Source: an uncultured Luminiphilus sp. (GTDB lineage Bacteria > Pseudomonadota > Gammaproteobacteria > Pseudomonadales > Halieaceae). From it: 64,000 bases of DNA. Of this stretch, positions 11,901-22,261 are shown in pieces. The notes under the pieces were generated by a model. That model was not told the DNA's origin. It did no database searches and saw only the letters and a program-made list of their open reading frames with translations. Position numbers and translations under genes: made by a program. The DNA is taken from NCBI GenBank assembly GCA_963926325.1, contig CAWUXF010000013.1, positions 28,177 through 92,176 on the forward strand. Direction: 5' to 3'. The first letter of the stretch is position 1, and each line of letters opens with the position of its first letter.

Positions 11901-12246
11901 AGAGACCTCCCAGTCTATTTTTTTATCCGAAGCTTTTGCCGTCTTAGCCTTAAGCACACCTCAGAACAAAACGGAGATGGCGGCAGCCCAAACAGGCGAG
12001 CTTCAAAATTATGATGATGTGAGGATTTCGCTGCCCCTGAAGCTTACTCAGAAAGGGGTTTAACCCAACCTACAGCACCCTGTTGATGAGCGCTCATTTC
12101 GGCTGATTTAGCGGCAGTTAAGCCCGTCACAGGCTGGGACAGTAGTCTATGGTAAGTACCCCTCAGTGTCTACTGAAACGAGGATGTGATTGTGTTTATC
12201 CGGCGATCGGATACGATAGTCAACCCGATTAATCTCAAGGTCTTTC

Positions 12247-13050
12247 ATGAACTACTTTGCACAGAAAAAAGCGGTTGTAACCGGTGCTGGAGATGGTATG
12301 GGTCGACAACTAGCCATTCAACTTAACCGTGTCGGCTGTGAACTATGGCTGTGTGATATTAATGAAGAAAAGCTGGCAGAGACCCTAACCTTGATGGACA
12401 CAGACGGTACCAACTGCCATACAGCATGCGTCGACATGGGAGACAAAGCCGCCGTCTACCTATGGGCGGAGCGCATTAGTCAACAAACGGACAGCCTAGA
12501 TTTAGTGGTTAACAATGCTGGGGTGGCTTACTCAGCCATTTTTGAAGACTCAACCGACCAGAACTTCGAATGGCTAATGAATATAAATTTCTGGGGTGTC
12601 GTCTGGAGTTCTCGTGCTTTTCTGCCACTACTAAAACGCGCTAAAACCGGTCATTTAGTCAACTTGTCATCTGTTTTTGGGATGATTGGTATACCGACCC
12701 AGTCAGCCTATAACGCAGCAAAATTCGCCGTGCGCGGCTTCTCAGAAGCGTTGCAGGCAGAGCATCTCAATGACAACTTAAAAGTTAGCTGCGTCCATCC
12801 CGGCGGCGTCAGTACCAATATCGCGCGTGCGGCACGCAGTGCGGGTAGTGAAACCGCCGATGAACGCGATAGTCAATTCCAAGCACTCACGCGGACCAGC
12901 GCTGCGCAAGCCGCAACAATCATCCTCAAGGGCGCCGCCGCCGGGCGCCGCCGAATTTTGGTCGGCAGTGATGCCTGGCTCGTTGCGATTTTAGTGAAAT
13001 TCTTCCCCACCAGCTATCACCGCTTTATACCTAAGATCCTGGACGAGTAA
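12247..13050 (+). CDS. Short-chain dehydrogenase/reductase (SDR) family oxidoreductase
   Basis: 267 aa with TGAGDGMG, NNAG and YNAAK motifs. The stop overlaps the start of the next gene (TAATG). Confidence 0.85.
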   Translation: MNYFAQKKAVVTGAGDGMGRQLAIQLNRVGCELWLCDINEEKLAETLTLMDTDGTNCHTACVDMGDKAAVYLWAERISQQTDSLDLVVNNAGVAYSAIFEDSTDQNFEWLMNINFWGVVWSSRAFLPLLKRAKTGHLVNLSSVFGMIGIPTQSAYNAAKFAVRGFSEALQAEHLNDNLKVSCVHPGGVSTNIARAARSAGSETADERDSQFQALTRTSAAQAATIILKGAAAGRRRILVGSDAWLVAILVKFFPTSYHRFIPKILDE

Positions 13051-14297
13051 TGGCCTCAGAACACCACGAGGCGTCACTCGACTCAACGATTGAAACCCCT
13101 GCGCCAGCGCTGAGTAGCGGTCAGTTAATGGCACTGACGTTGGCACTGCTGAGCATTGCCATTGTTCAGTCATTTGTTTTTGCGATTTTACCGCCACTGG
13201 GCCGCTCAGTGGGCTTTCACGAAGTCCAAATCAATACCATTATTTCTCTGTCTGCCCTGGTATTTACTATCAGCTCAGCCTATTGGGGCCGCGTTTCAGA
13301 TCGCATGGGAAGAAAACCCGTCATTTTGATTGGCTTGCTCGGCTCGACTTTTGGCACACTCATATTTATCGCGGCGTTTTCTATCGGCATCAATGGCATG
13401 CTCGTTGGTGTACCGCTATTCATGCTTATCATCGCAGTACGCTGCTTAGCCTCGATGACCATGTCCGCCGCAAATCCAGCCTCAATCGCCTACGCCGCCG
13501 ATAACAGTTTACGGGTTAAACGTACCCAAATAATTGCAAGGCTCAGTGCCGCCGGCAGTATAGGTATGATCATCGGCCCAGTCTTCGCCGGATTACTCGT
13601 TGGCTGGGGTTTGTTAGCGCCCATGTATGCCGCAGCAATGCTCACGATGGCCGCCGCCCTATTCATCGCCTTTAAACTACCCGCAGGGGCATCGCATCAC
13701 CACTACGATCGCGCGCTACCGCGCCAAAAGCTCCACGTGCTCGACCCAAGGATTCGCCTCTATCTGATTTGCTCTGTCGGCGTATTTATCGGGTTTTCAG
13801 GTCTGCAACAAACACTTGGATTTCGGCTGCAAGATAGTCTGGGATTGTCGGGGACAGAAACCGCTCGCCACACGGGTTTTTGCCTAATGGCATCTGCTGT
13901 CTCTACATTTATTATGCAAATGACTGTTACGCCACGCTTTGGTGCCACGCCAATTTACTTAGTCAGAGCAGGTGTCTTCAGTCTTGTTATCGGCGCACTT
14001 ATTATTGCCGCAGTGAATGACTTTACAGGCATTTTGATCGGCATGGCCTTTATGGGGGCAGGACTTGGCATGGCGGTTCCAGCCATCGCTTCAGCAGTAT
14101 CCCTCGCCGTCTCGGGCACAGAACAGGGCGGTGCTGCAGGTCTAGTGACCGCATGTCCAGCGGCGGGTTTTATTGCGGGTCCAATTTTGGCTGGGCTGCT
14201 CTACAAGATCTATCCGGAGCTCGCTGCTATTGGTGCGGCTGCTGTTTTAGCGACGGTATTTGTATTTTCTTTTACACAGCGCGCTCAAACACGCTAA
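13050..14297 (+). CDS. MFS transporter
   Basis: 415 aa, multi-TM throughout, with the MFS motif-A-like GRVSDRMGRKP. Coupled to the upstream SDR. Confidence 0.85.
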   Translation: MASEHHEASLDSTIETPAPALSSGQLMALTLALLSIAIVQSFVFAILPPLGRSVGFHEVQINTIISLSALVFTISSAYWGRVSDRMGRKPVILIGLLGSTFGTLIFIAAFSIGINGMLVGVPLFMLIIAVRCLASMTMSAANPASIAYAADNSLRVKRTQIIARLSAAGSIGMIIGPVFAGLLVGWGLLAPMYAAAMLTMAAALFIAFKLPAGASHHHYDRALPRQKLHVLDPRIRLYLICSVGVFIGFSGLQQTLGFRLQDSLGLSGTETARHTGFCLMASAVSTFIMQMTVTPRFGATPIYLVRAGVFSLVIGALIIAAVNDFTGILIGMAFMGAGLGMAVPAIASAVSLAVSGTEQGGAAGLVTACPAAGFIAGPILAGLLYKIYPELAAIGAAAVLATVFVFSFTQRAQTR

Positions 14298-14311
14298 CCA
14301 ACGCAAGTGGC

Positions 14312-14746
14312 TCAAACAATCTTTTCAATAGCCGCACGTATCGCATCGGGTATAAGTGCCGACTCATTGGTGTCTCGATTTACAAAGGCGTGAGTAAATC
14401 TACCCGTGACACAGGAATGGGGGTCATCAGCGACAAACACACCAATCTCCCAAGTGACCGACTTACTGCCTAGGCGCAGAACTCGCAAACCTAAATGCAG
14501 GTCAACCGGATACGCGGCGGGTTTAAAGTAATCACAGCTCGAGTTCACCACATAGCCAACGACTGAATCGATGCCAGGACGAAGACCGCCCTCCTCAATC
14601 AAGTAGCGATTCACCACGCTATCGAAATATGCGTAGTACACAACATTATTAATGTGCTGATAGATATCGTTATCGGCCCATCGCGTGTGCTGTAGGTAGA
14701 ACACCTTGAACGCTTGGCGTGATGCCGGCTGCGGTCGTTCTATCAT
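14312..14746 (-). CDS. Hotdog-fold acyl-CoA thioesterase (4HBT/YbgC-like)
   Basis: Contains DNDIYQHINNVVYYAYFD, typical of 4HBT thioesterases. I prefer the ATG at 14746 because it forms an ATGA overlap with the upstream ADH stop. The maximal ORF reaches 14761. Confidence 0.8.
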   Translation of the reverse strand: MIERPQPASRQAFKVFYLQHTRWADNDIYQHINNVVYYAYFDSVVNRYLIEEGGLRPGIDSVVGYVVNSSCDYFKPAAYPVDLHLGLRVLRLGSKSVTWEIGVFVADDPHSCVTGRFTHAFVNRDTNESALIPDAIRAAIEKIV

Positions 14747-15891
14747 GAGCAGCCAACCCACGCTTGGCGATATAAATTCAGCGCGGTTTGCTCGTCCACT
14801 GGTAGAGGGTTGTTGACCAGCAAGCGCTGCTGGAGCATCGCATCGGCGGCCAGCATGGGTAAGTCAGCCTCAGGAACATGGGCTTCAGCTAACGAGACAG
14901 GCAGCCCAGAATCGATAATTAACGTGTTAAACCACTCAATAAGACCAGCAGCTGTAGCCGGCGCATCGGGTAGAACCGCTGCCAGCTCGGCATATTGATC
15001 GCCCACTGCCGGCGCATTAAACGCTAACACAGCCGGTAGCATGAGCGAATTACTAAGACCATGAGGAATGTGGTAATGCCCACCTAACGGATAGGCAAGC
15101 GCATGCACCGCCGCCACTGGGGCATTGGCAAAAGCCTGCCCCGCAAACATGGCACCGAGTAACATCGACTCCCGCGCGTCCAAATCACTGCCATCGGCCA
15201 GCACTTTGCGAATATTCATGGCTAGTAGCGACAGTCCGCGCAAGGCCAACGCATCCGAAATTGGATTTTTCTTCAGCTTGGTCGTGTAAGCCTCGATAGC
15301 ATGCACCATCGCATCGATGCCCGTCATCGCAGTAATTGCCGGTGGTAGTCCCAGTGTTAGTGCCGCATCAAGCACCGCGACATCGGGTAGCAATACGGGC
15401 GAGCTAACGCCCGCCTTTGTCGTTTCGCCGGTCGTGATAACTGCCACCGGTGTGACTTCTGAACCTGTGCCCGCAGTCGTCGGCACCAAAATCATCGGTA
15501 GTCGACCACCAGTCACCTGATCGACGCCATAAATTTCCTGTAGCACCTGCTGTCCTTTGGCCAGTACCGCCACGACCTTTGCCACGTCCATAGAACTGCC
15601 GCCACCGACGGCAATCAAGCCATCACAGCGGTTTAACAAAAGGGTATTTAATGCCCCCTCAACCACCGATTCAGAAGGGTCAGCCGTCACGTCGTCAAAG
15701 ATCGTCACCTGCTCGCAGTGATTAGCCAGCGCTGCCGCGATCGGCGCAATCATGCCCAGCCCGGTAAGGCCTTTATCGGTGACCAGTAATGGATGACGTA
15801 TATTCAAACGCGCACAAGCCGCGTCTAGGTCAAGGGCATAACCGGCACCAACCGCGATTTGTGGCGCTGTATTAAAGACAAATCGCGTCAT
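14743..15891 (-). CDS. Iron-containing (group III) alcohol dehydrogenase
   Basis: 382 aa with GGGSSMDVAK and a His-rich metal site (...AMVHAIEAY..., HALAYPLGGHYHIPHG). The start overlaps the QOR stop by 1 nt. Confidence 0.9.
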   Translation of the reverse strand: MTRFVFNTAPQIAVGAGYALDLDAACARLNIRHPLLVTDKGLTGLGMIAPIAAALANHCEQVTIFDDVTADPSESVVEGALNTLLLNRCDGLIAVGGGSSMDVAKVVAVLAKGQQVLQEIYGVDQVTGGRLPMILVPTTAGTGSEVTPVAVITTGETTKAGVSSPVLLPDVAVLDAALTLGLPPAITAMTGIDAMVHAIEAYTTKLKKNPISDALALRGLSLLAMNIRKVLADGSDLDARESMLLGAMFAGQAFANAPVAAVHALAYPLGGHYHIPHGLSNSLMLPAVLAFNAPAVGDQYAELAAVLPDAPATAAGLIEWFNTLIIDSGLPVSLAEAHVPEADLPMLAADAMLQQRLLVNNPLPVDEQTALNLYRQAWVGCS

Positions 15892-16874
15892 CAGTTAAAG
15901 GTAAAAATCACTTTGCCGCGAGCGCGACGCTCGATCATCGCTGCGTATCCTGCCTCGTAATCTTCAATGGGGAATACATCTTTAATGATCGGCCTGAGCT
16001 TACCTTCACCAAACATTGTCCACAGCGCCGCAATATTGGCCTGCTGTACCGTCGGCTCTTCCTGCATGAACCGACCCCAAAATACCCCGACGATCGAGCA
16101 CCCTTTGAGCAAGGCCAAATTCAGTGGAATACTCGGGATTGGGCCACTGGCAAAACCAATCACTAGGAAACGCCCATTCCAGGCCATACCACGAATTGCT
16201 TGCTCGCTATAATCGCCACCGACTGGATCGTAAACAACGTCTACGCCACGACCATTAGTGATCTCTTTGATTCGATCCTTAAGAGACTCTGTGCTGTAGT
16301 TAATTGTTTCATCAGCACCTAACTCTCGGCACACCTCGAGCTTCTCGTCAGAACTGGCCGCGGCAATCACTTTAGCTCCCAGTGCTTTACCCAGCTCAAC
16401 CGCACTGGTACCAACACCACCCGCGGCACCGAGGACTAACAAAGTCTCGCCCGGCTGAATATTGGCGCGTTGAACCAGCGCGTGGTAGCTCGTGAAGTAA
16501 GTGATACCAATACCCGCCGCCTGCTCAACACTAAGGCCTTTAGGCATTGGCAGTACCGCAGCCTGGTGAACGACTATTTCTTCGCAAAACCCGCCGACCA
16601 TGCCCATGTGTACCACCATGTCGCCCGCTTTATAACCGGTGACTTTAGCGCCTACCTCAAGAACTTCTCCGGCGCATTCACCACCCGGGACAAAAGGCAT
16701 CTCAGGCTGCATTTGATACTTGCCCTGAATAATCAGTACATCGGGAAAGTTGAGTCCCGCTGCACGAACGCGAATTCTCACATCCTGCTCACCGAGCGAC
16801 GCCACCGGCCAATCGTTAATCAGTTCCAGCTTATCGGGGAGGCCGTGTTCACGGCAAACAAGGGCTTTGGTCAT
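15891..16874 (-). CDS. NADPH:quinone oxidoreductase / MDR-family enoyl reductase-like protein
   Basis: 327 aa zeta-crystallin-like MDR with the GAAGGVG nucleotide motif and no structural-zinc Cys cluster. Confidence 0.88.
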   Translation of the reverse strand: MTKALVCREHGLPDKLELINDWPVASLGEQDVRIRVRAAGLNFPDVLIIQGKYQMQPEMPFVPGGECAGEVLEVGAKVTGYKAGDMVVHMGMVGGFCEEIVVHQAAVLPMPKGLSVEQAAGIGITYFTSYHALVQRANIQPGETLLVLGAAGGVGTSAVELGKALGAKVIAAASSDEKLEVCRELGADETINYSTESLKDRIKEITNGRGVDVVYDPVGGDYSEQAIRGMAWNGRFLVIGFASGPIPSIPLNLALLKGCSIVGVFWGRFMQEEPTVQQANIAALWTMFGEGKLRPIIKDVFPIEDYEAGYAAMIERRARGKVIFTFN

Positions 16875-16962
16875 GACTTAATCCTTTTGTTATTAAAGAT
16901 GATGGCAATACGAAACGTGTAAAGCCAATGCGGGCGATTTCACATCGCCCACACCTAAAGCC

Positions 16963-18141
16963 TCAAAATACTTCAAATAAACCAGCCGCGCCCATACCGC
17001 CGCCGACACACATAGTGACCACAACGTATTTGACGCCGCGACGCTTACCTTCCAGTAACGCGTGACCGACCATCCGCGAACCGCTCATTCCATAGGGGTG
17101 GCCGATAGCAATAGCGCCACCGTTTACGTTCAGCTTATCGGCATCGATACCTAACTGATCACGACAATAAATCACCTGTACAGCAAAAGCTTCGTTCAGT
17201 TCCCATAGACCAATATCATTAACCGACAGGCCAGCCTGCTTCAGTAATTTTGGTATGGCGAATACAGGACCAATGCCCATCTCATCGGGCTCACAACCGG
17301 CAACCGCCATGCCACGGTAGGCACCTAGTGGCTGTAGACCCAATTGCTCGGCCAACTGGGCCTCCATGAGCACCTGAGCCGATGCACCGTCGGAGAGCTG
17401 TGATGCGTTACCGGCGGTGATTGTGCCACCTTCAATAACCGTGCGTAGCCCTTGCATACCCTCAAGCGTGCTGGCACGAACACCTTCATCGGCACTCACA
17501 GTTCCCTCTACAACCGACTGTTCGCCGGTTTCTTTATTGAAGACAAGGCGCTCACAGGTGACCGGTACGATTTCATCTGCAAACTTGCCCGCCTCATAAG
17601 CCGCGATAGTGCGCATCTGCGACTGTAATCCGTACTCATCCATAACATCCCGAGCAATGCCATAACGGCCGGCAACCACTTCAGCGGTTTGCAGCATCGG
17701 CATATAAATATCTTTATGCACTGCGATCAGCTGAGGATCAACCATATGGTGCAGATTCATGTGCTCGTTCTGCACCAGCGAGATCGACTCAACGCCGCCG
17801 CCGACGGTGATATCCATACCATCATGCAAAATTTGCTTGGCGGCGGTCGCTACGGCCATCAGACCAGAAGCACATTGGCGATCCAGTGACATACCCGCAA
17901 CGCTGGCCGGGAGCCCAGCACGCAACGCTGCATTGCGCGCGATATTGCCACCTTGACTGCCCTGCTGCAGCGCAGAACCCATAATTACGTCGTCAACCCG
18001 CCCGCCGTCGATACCAGCCCGCTCTACCGCTGCGCGAATCGCGTGGGACGCAAGTGTGGGTGAAGGTAAGTTATTAAATGCGCCACGATAAGCCTTACCG
18101 ATAGGCGTGCGAGCAGTAGATACAATGACAGCTTCTCTCAT
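16963..18141 (-). CDS. Acetyl-CoA C-acyltransferase (thiolase)
   Basis: 392 aa with the nucleophile Cys in LDRQCASGL and the C-terminal motifs [15 protein letters not shown] and CVGGGMGAA. Confidence 0.95.
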   Translation of the reverse strand: MREAVIVSTARTPIGKAYRGAFNNLPSPTLASHAIRAAVERAGIDGGRVDDVIMGSALQQGSQGGNIARNAALRAGLPASVAGMSLDRQCASGLMAVATAAKQILHDGMDITVGGGVESISLVQNEHMNLHHMVDPQLIAVHKDIYMPMLQTAEVVAGRYGIARDVMDEYGLQSQMRTIAAYEAGKFADEIVPVTCERLVFNKETGEQSVVEGTVSADEGVRASTLEGMQGLRTVIEGGTITAGNASQLSDGASAQVLMEAQLAEQLGLQPLGAYRGMAVAGCEPDEMGIGPVFAIPKLLKQAGLSVNDIGLWELNEAFAVQVIYCRDQLGIDADKLNVNGGAIAIGHPYGMSGSRMVGHALLEGKRRGVKYVVVTMCVGGGMGAAGLFEVF

Positions 18142-18261
18142 GATGAGCTCCTTATAAGCACGCGTTTTCGCGCGCTGAAATAGTGAATAGCTCGGCGCGA
18201 CATTCAGTCGTCGAGCTGAAATATCACCTGATCCTTCTAATCAGGCATCAGGCTTAATACA

Positions 18262-19182
18262 TTAACCGTCTAACTTGATGCCCTTGGCTTCAGCTGCTTT
18301 GCCCACCATTTTAAAAGTCTGCTCAAAGCCGGCATTTAATACTTTTTCGCCACCATTAGAAATTTCGTTCCAGTGTGCAGCAACACCATCCACATCGAGT
18401 TCGTCGTCACCCAGTAACACGCCCTCTGTTTCAACAATTTTAGCAACCGCAAATGCGCCTGCACCTGCCGCCAAGATAGTTCGTGTGGGTGCCTCTTCAG
18501 AGACCAGATATAGCACCGCAGGTGACACGGTTTCAGGGGTTAGCAAGGCATATGCCTTCTCAGGAATCAAACCCTCAGTCATGCGTGTGCCAGCAGTCGG
18601 CGCCAGCGCATTAACACGGATATTATTCTTTGCACCTTCCTGGGCGAGGGTATTCATCAAACCGACCACCCCGAGCTTGGCAGAACCGTAATTGGCTTGA
18701 CCGAAGTTACCGTAGAGCCCGCTGGACGATGTCGTCACCACGATACGACCATAATCCTGCGCTTTCATAATGTCCCAGACAGCTTTGGTACAGTAGACCG
18801 TACCCATAAGGTGAACATCAACGACCAACTGAAAGTCTTCCAGCGAGCCTTTACCAAAGCTCTTATCACGCAGAATACCTGCGTTATTGACCAAAATATC
18901 GATACGCCCCCACTTGTCCATGGTTTGCTGAACCATGTCTTGGACTTGCTCGAAATTAGCAACGTTGGCGCCATGCACCATCGCTTCACCACCCAATGCT
19001 TCGATTTCAGCAGCCACCGAGAGCGCTGCGTCGCTGCTAGCGCCGACGCCATCCTTAGAGACACCTAAATCATTGATCACCACTTTGGCACCGCGTTTAG
19101 CGAGCTCAATCGCATGGCTGCGACCCAAACCCTGTCCTGCGCCGGTGACAATAGCTACCTTGCCGTCGTAACGAATACCCAT
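18262..19182 (-). CDS. SDR resembling the (3R)-hydroxyacyl-CoA dehydrogenase domain of peroxisomal multifunctional enzyme 2
   Basis: 306 aa. It aligns by eye over its whole length with the N-terminal domain of human HSD17B4 (FDGRVVLVTGAGAGLGR.../ ...GRIDVVVNNAGILRDRSF.../ ...SGIYGNFGQANYSAAKLG). Confidence 0.88.
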   Translation of the reverse strand: MGIRYDGKVAIVTGAGQGLGRSHAIELAKRGAKVVINDLGVSKDGVGASSDAALSVAAEIEALGGEAMVHGANVANFEQVQDMVQQTMDKWGRIDILVNNAGILRDKSFGKGSLEDFQLVVDVHLMGTVYCTKAVWDIMKAQDYGRIVVTTSSSGLYGNFGQANYGSAKLGVVGLMNTLAQEGAKNNIRVNALAPTAGTRMTEGLIPEKAYALLTPETVSPAVLYLVSEEAPTRTILAAGAGAFAVAKIVETEGVLLGDDELDVDGVAAHWNEISNGGEKVLNAGFEQTFKMVGKAAEAKGIKLDG

Positions 19183-19206
19183 GATTAAATCCTCTTCAAA
19201 GAAAAA

Positions 19207-19671
19207 TTATGCAATAAACAGCATGCCAAGCCACTCGGCGACAATCGCGGGCGTTTCTTCGCCCTCAATCTCAATAGTGACCAACTGCTTTACCAAGATT
19301 CGGTTCGCATCTTTTTGCTCAACACCTATATATTCAAGGTGCGCCCGAACCCGCTTGCCCGCTCGAACAGGTTTCAAAAACCGAACTTTGTCGAAACCAT
19401 AGTTAACGCCCATTAAAATATTATCTGGGAGAACAGATAAATCTTCGCAAAGCTTAACCAGCAGCGATAGCGTCAAAAAGCCGTGCGCGATGGTTCCACC
19501 AAAAGGTGTCGCCTTTGCAGCTTCTTCATCGATATGGATGAACTGCCGATCGAGCGTGCAATCCGCAAAGGTATTGATCATCGACTGATCAATACATAGC
19601 CATTCGCTTGGTCCAAATTTTGTGCCTGGCAACGACTGCATCTCTTCTGCCTTAATCAGCTTCGGGGCCAT
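19207..19671 (-). CDS. MaoC-like (R)-specific enoyl-CoA hydratase
   Basis: 154 aa single hotdog-fold MaoC dehydratase family protein (...FIHIDEEAAKATPFGGTIAHGFLT...). Confidence 0.88.
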   Translation of the reverse strand: MAPKLIKAEEMQSLPGTKFGPSEWLCIDQSMINTFADCTLDRQFIHIDEEAAKATPFGGTIAHGFLTLSLLVKLCEDLSVLPDNILMGVNYGFDKVRFLKPVRAGKRVRAHLEYIGVEQKDANRILVKQLVTIEIEGEETPAIVAEWLGMLFIA

Positions 19672-19776
19672 ACCTTAACTCCTCATCTATCTGTGAAAAA
19701 AATGGCAACCTAGGGCCGCCTATAAAATCAATCCAACAACCTGCCTTGGCGCATTATTGGATTATCGAGACCGCTA

Positions 19777-21027
19777 TCAGCCGTCGCGAAACGTCGCACT
19801 GGCTGCAGGCACATCGCCTGTATATTGCTTAAGCTCATGGCGGCCAATCACCATACGATGCACCGCATCTGGGCCATCTGCCAATCGCAGCGTACGCTGC
19901 CCAGCATACATTGTTGCTAACGGCGTATCTTGAGAAACACCAATACCGCCGTGCATCTGAATGGCGTCATCTACCACTTGTAACGTCATATTCGGCACAA
20001 CAGTTTTAATCATCGAAATCCAGATACGCGCCTCTTTGGCATCCACGTTATCCATCATCCAGGCCGTCTTGAGAGTCAGTAACCGCGCCTGCTCAATACC
20101 CATACGCGCATTGGCAACGATGTCTATATTGCCACCTAGCCGCGCCAATGGCTTACCGAATGCCACGCGCGACACCGCGCGCTCACACATGAGCTGCAGT
20201 GCTTTTTCTGCGGCCCCAATAGAGCGCATACAGTGGTGGATACGTCCCGGCCCCAAACGACCTTGGGAAATCTCAAAACCACGCCCAGCACCTAGAATCA
20301 TATTGTCTTTGGGTACGCGAACATTGTTGAGCTTCAAATGCATGTGCCCATGCGGCGCATCATCCATATGGAATACCTGTAGCGCACGGATGATCTCAAC
20401 ACCTTTAGCATCCAGGGGGACAAGAATCTGAGATTGCTGCTGGTGCCTGGGCGCATTAGGATCCGTCTTAACCATGCAGATCATAATTTTGCAGCGCGGA
20501 TCACCCGCACCCGAAATCCAATGCTTTTCTCCATTAATCACCCACTCATCACCATCAAGTACCGCAGTGGTGCTGACGTTGGTGGCATCGGAAGACGCAA
20601 CTGCGGGCTCGGTCATACCAAAGCATGAGCGAATTTGACCCGCCATCAAGGGCTCAAGCCACTGCTTCTTCTGGGCTTCGGTGCCATACTTGTGGATGAC
20701 TTCCATATTGCCGGTATCGGGCGCCGAACAATTAAACACTTCAGCGGCGATATGTGATTTACCCATTTCTTCTGCTAGGTAGGCGTATTCAACCGTGTTG
20801 AGACCTGAGCCATGCGGTCCAGTTAAAAAGAAATTCCACAAGCCAACATCACGCGCCTTGACCTTCAACCCTTCCATAATCTCGGTTTGACGTGCTGTGA
20901 ACTGCCAGCGATCACCGGTTCCAATTTGTTCAATATATTCAGCTTCGAGCGGCAGTATCTCCTCAGCAATAAATAGTCTCACTTGCTCTAAGAGCGGCGC
21001 CACACGTGCCGAAATGCCAAGATCCAT
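19777..21027 (-). CDS. Acyl-CoA dehydrogenase (ACAD10/11 C-terminal-domain-like, FadE2-like)
   Basis: ACAD fold (...GMTEPAVASSDATN..., C-terminal ...LRLADGPDAVH...). I prefer the ATG at 21027 (GGAGAA upstream, MDLGISARV...). The maximal ORF extends to 21144. Confidence 0.9.
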   Translation of the reverse strand: MDLGISARVAPLLEQVRLFIAEEILPLEAEYIEQIGTGDRWQFTARQTEIMEGLKVKARDVGLWNFFLTGPHGSGLNTVEYAYLAEEMGKSHIAAEVFNCSAPDTGNMEVIHKYGTEAQKKQWLEPLMAGQIRSCFGMTEPAVASSDATNVSTTAVLDGDEWVINGEKHWISGAGDPRCKIMICMVKTDPNAPRHQQQSQILVPLDAKGVEIIRALQVFHMDDAPHGHMHLKLNNVRVPKDNMILGAGRGFEISQGRLGPGRIHHCMRSIGAAEKALQLMCERAVSRVAFGKPLARLGGNIDIVANARMGIEQARLLTLKTAWMMDNVDAKEARIWISMIKTVVPNMTLQVVDDAIQMHGGIGVSQDTPLATMYAGQRTLRLADGPDAVHRMVIGRHELKQYTGDVPAASATFRDG

Positions 21028-21592
21028 GGTTTTCTCCGGGGTAATTTTTAGTTTTTGGGGCAGACGCGCCGCTGCATTGGCAACGACGGCAAATCCCCTG
21101 CATTGAATACTTTTGAACATACAGTATGTTTTCTTATCGCTCAAGTATGTTTTGGCGGTGGCGCCGTCTCGTCAGGTGCCCAGCTTTAAGATTGGACACC
21201 ATTTTGATGTCATCCGAAACGAAAGGTTTTTTGCGCATTGGTTAAAATTCAGTCACATAGAAGTACAGTTTTAATTGTCAGTGCGGGCCCCAAAAGATCG
21301 CACATAGGCAGTAACCCGCATTGAATATCAGGGTCATTCCGCTACAGGTCAGTCGCGGGTGGCGCCAGCCATTCACACAAGCGCACCTGTCTTACTCAAA
21401 TTTCGGCGCCGTTGATAATAGACACCCCCCTTCGAACTCATCGAGCAGCGGCTTTACCCAGTAATGCACATCTGTCAAATAGTAGGTGAAACGATACAGC
21501 CTGTCGGTGCGCGTTATCTCTGTCGGGGAAACGATGGCAGGCTAGAGTCAGGCATGAGAGACTCGGGTAACTAATGCGAGGAAAAACTCACC

Positions 21593-22144
21593 ATGCGATC
21601 ACACGCCTTAAAGGCTTTTATCTTGGCGATATGCAGCTTGAGCATGATCAATATAGCGCTCGCAGCTGGTCCACAAATGGGGCCGATCATCAAGAATTAC
21701 GGTCCCGTGATGACACCACCAGAGGGCGCATTTAATCTGGCAGTCGACACACATTACAAAGTGTCAATGGATATGGGTACAACGCCAGAATTCCCCGGCG
21801 ACCTTAATCGACACCTGGTGTCTGCTGCGCGCTTCTTAAATATGAGTGCGCAAACTGGGATACCACCGGAGCATGTGGAATTTGCGTTGATCGTCCATGG
21901 TAAAGCCGTCAAAGATATACTCACCGATGCGGCACATCAGGCGCGCTATAACGAGGCTAACCCCAACAGCCAGTTACTGGCAGAACTAAAGGCCGCAGGG
22001 GTTAACATCTACCTCTGCAGCCAAACCTCTGCCTTTCGAGGTTTTGCGCCGGAAGAATTCAATCCAGTGGTAACGATGGCGGTCTCGGCAATGACCGCGC
22101 ATGTCTATCTGCAGCAGAGTGGCTACACGCTGATTCCGTTCTGA
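21593..22144 (+). CDS. Secreted DsrE-family (COG1416-like) protein
   Basis: 183 aa with a Sec-type signal (MRSHALKAFILAICSLSMINIALA|AG). The C-terminal half (GVNIYLCSQTS...VSAMTAHVYLQQSGYTLIPF) resembles DsrE/DsrF-like family proteins. The family call comes from motif recall, not a search. Confidence 0.6.
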   Translation: MRSHALKAFILAICSLSMINIALAAGPQMGPIIKNYGPVMTPPEGAFNLAVDTHYKVSMDMGTTPEFPGDLNRHLVSAARFLNMSAQTGIPPEHVEFALIVHGKAVKDILTDAAHQARYNEANPNSQLLAELKAAGVNIYLCSQTSAFRGFAPEEFNPVVTMAVSAMTAHVYLQQSGYTLIPF

Positions 22145-22203
22145 TATTTCGCGACGCAAGTCCCCAGCGCTACTTAGCATTATGCCCGGCGCAGTGAATA
22201 CAC

Positions 22204-22238
22204 AAAAAAAAGCTGGTGATATCGGCAATATCACCAGC
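22204..22238 (-). terminator. Rho-independent terminator after the YeeE/YedE pair
   Basis: A perfect 10-bp stem GCTGGTGATA / TATCACCAGC (22212-22221 / 22229-22238) is followed on the minus strand by a run of 8 T (22211-22204). It lies immediately downstream of the stop at 22262. Confidence 0.7.
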
Positions 22239-22261
22239 GGCTAAAAAAACAGATCTGAGCG

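Noticed and set aside
21425-21440. A possible distal att repeat of the tRNA-Lys 3' end (TTCGAAC shared with the T-loop region).
   Set aside because: Only 7 nt match, which is expected by chance in 64 kb. No longer copy of the tRNA 3' end was spotted by eye, and there is no integrase. An exhaustive computational search is still needed.
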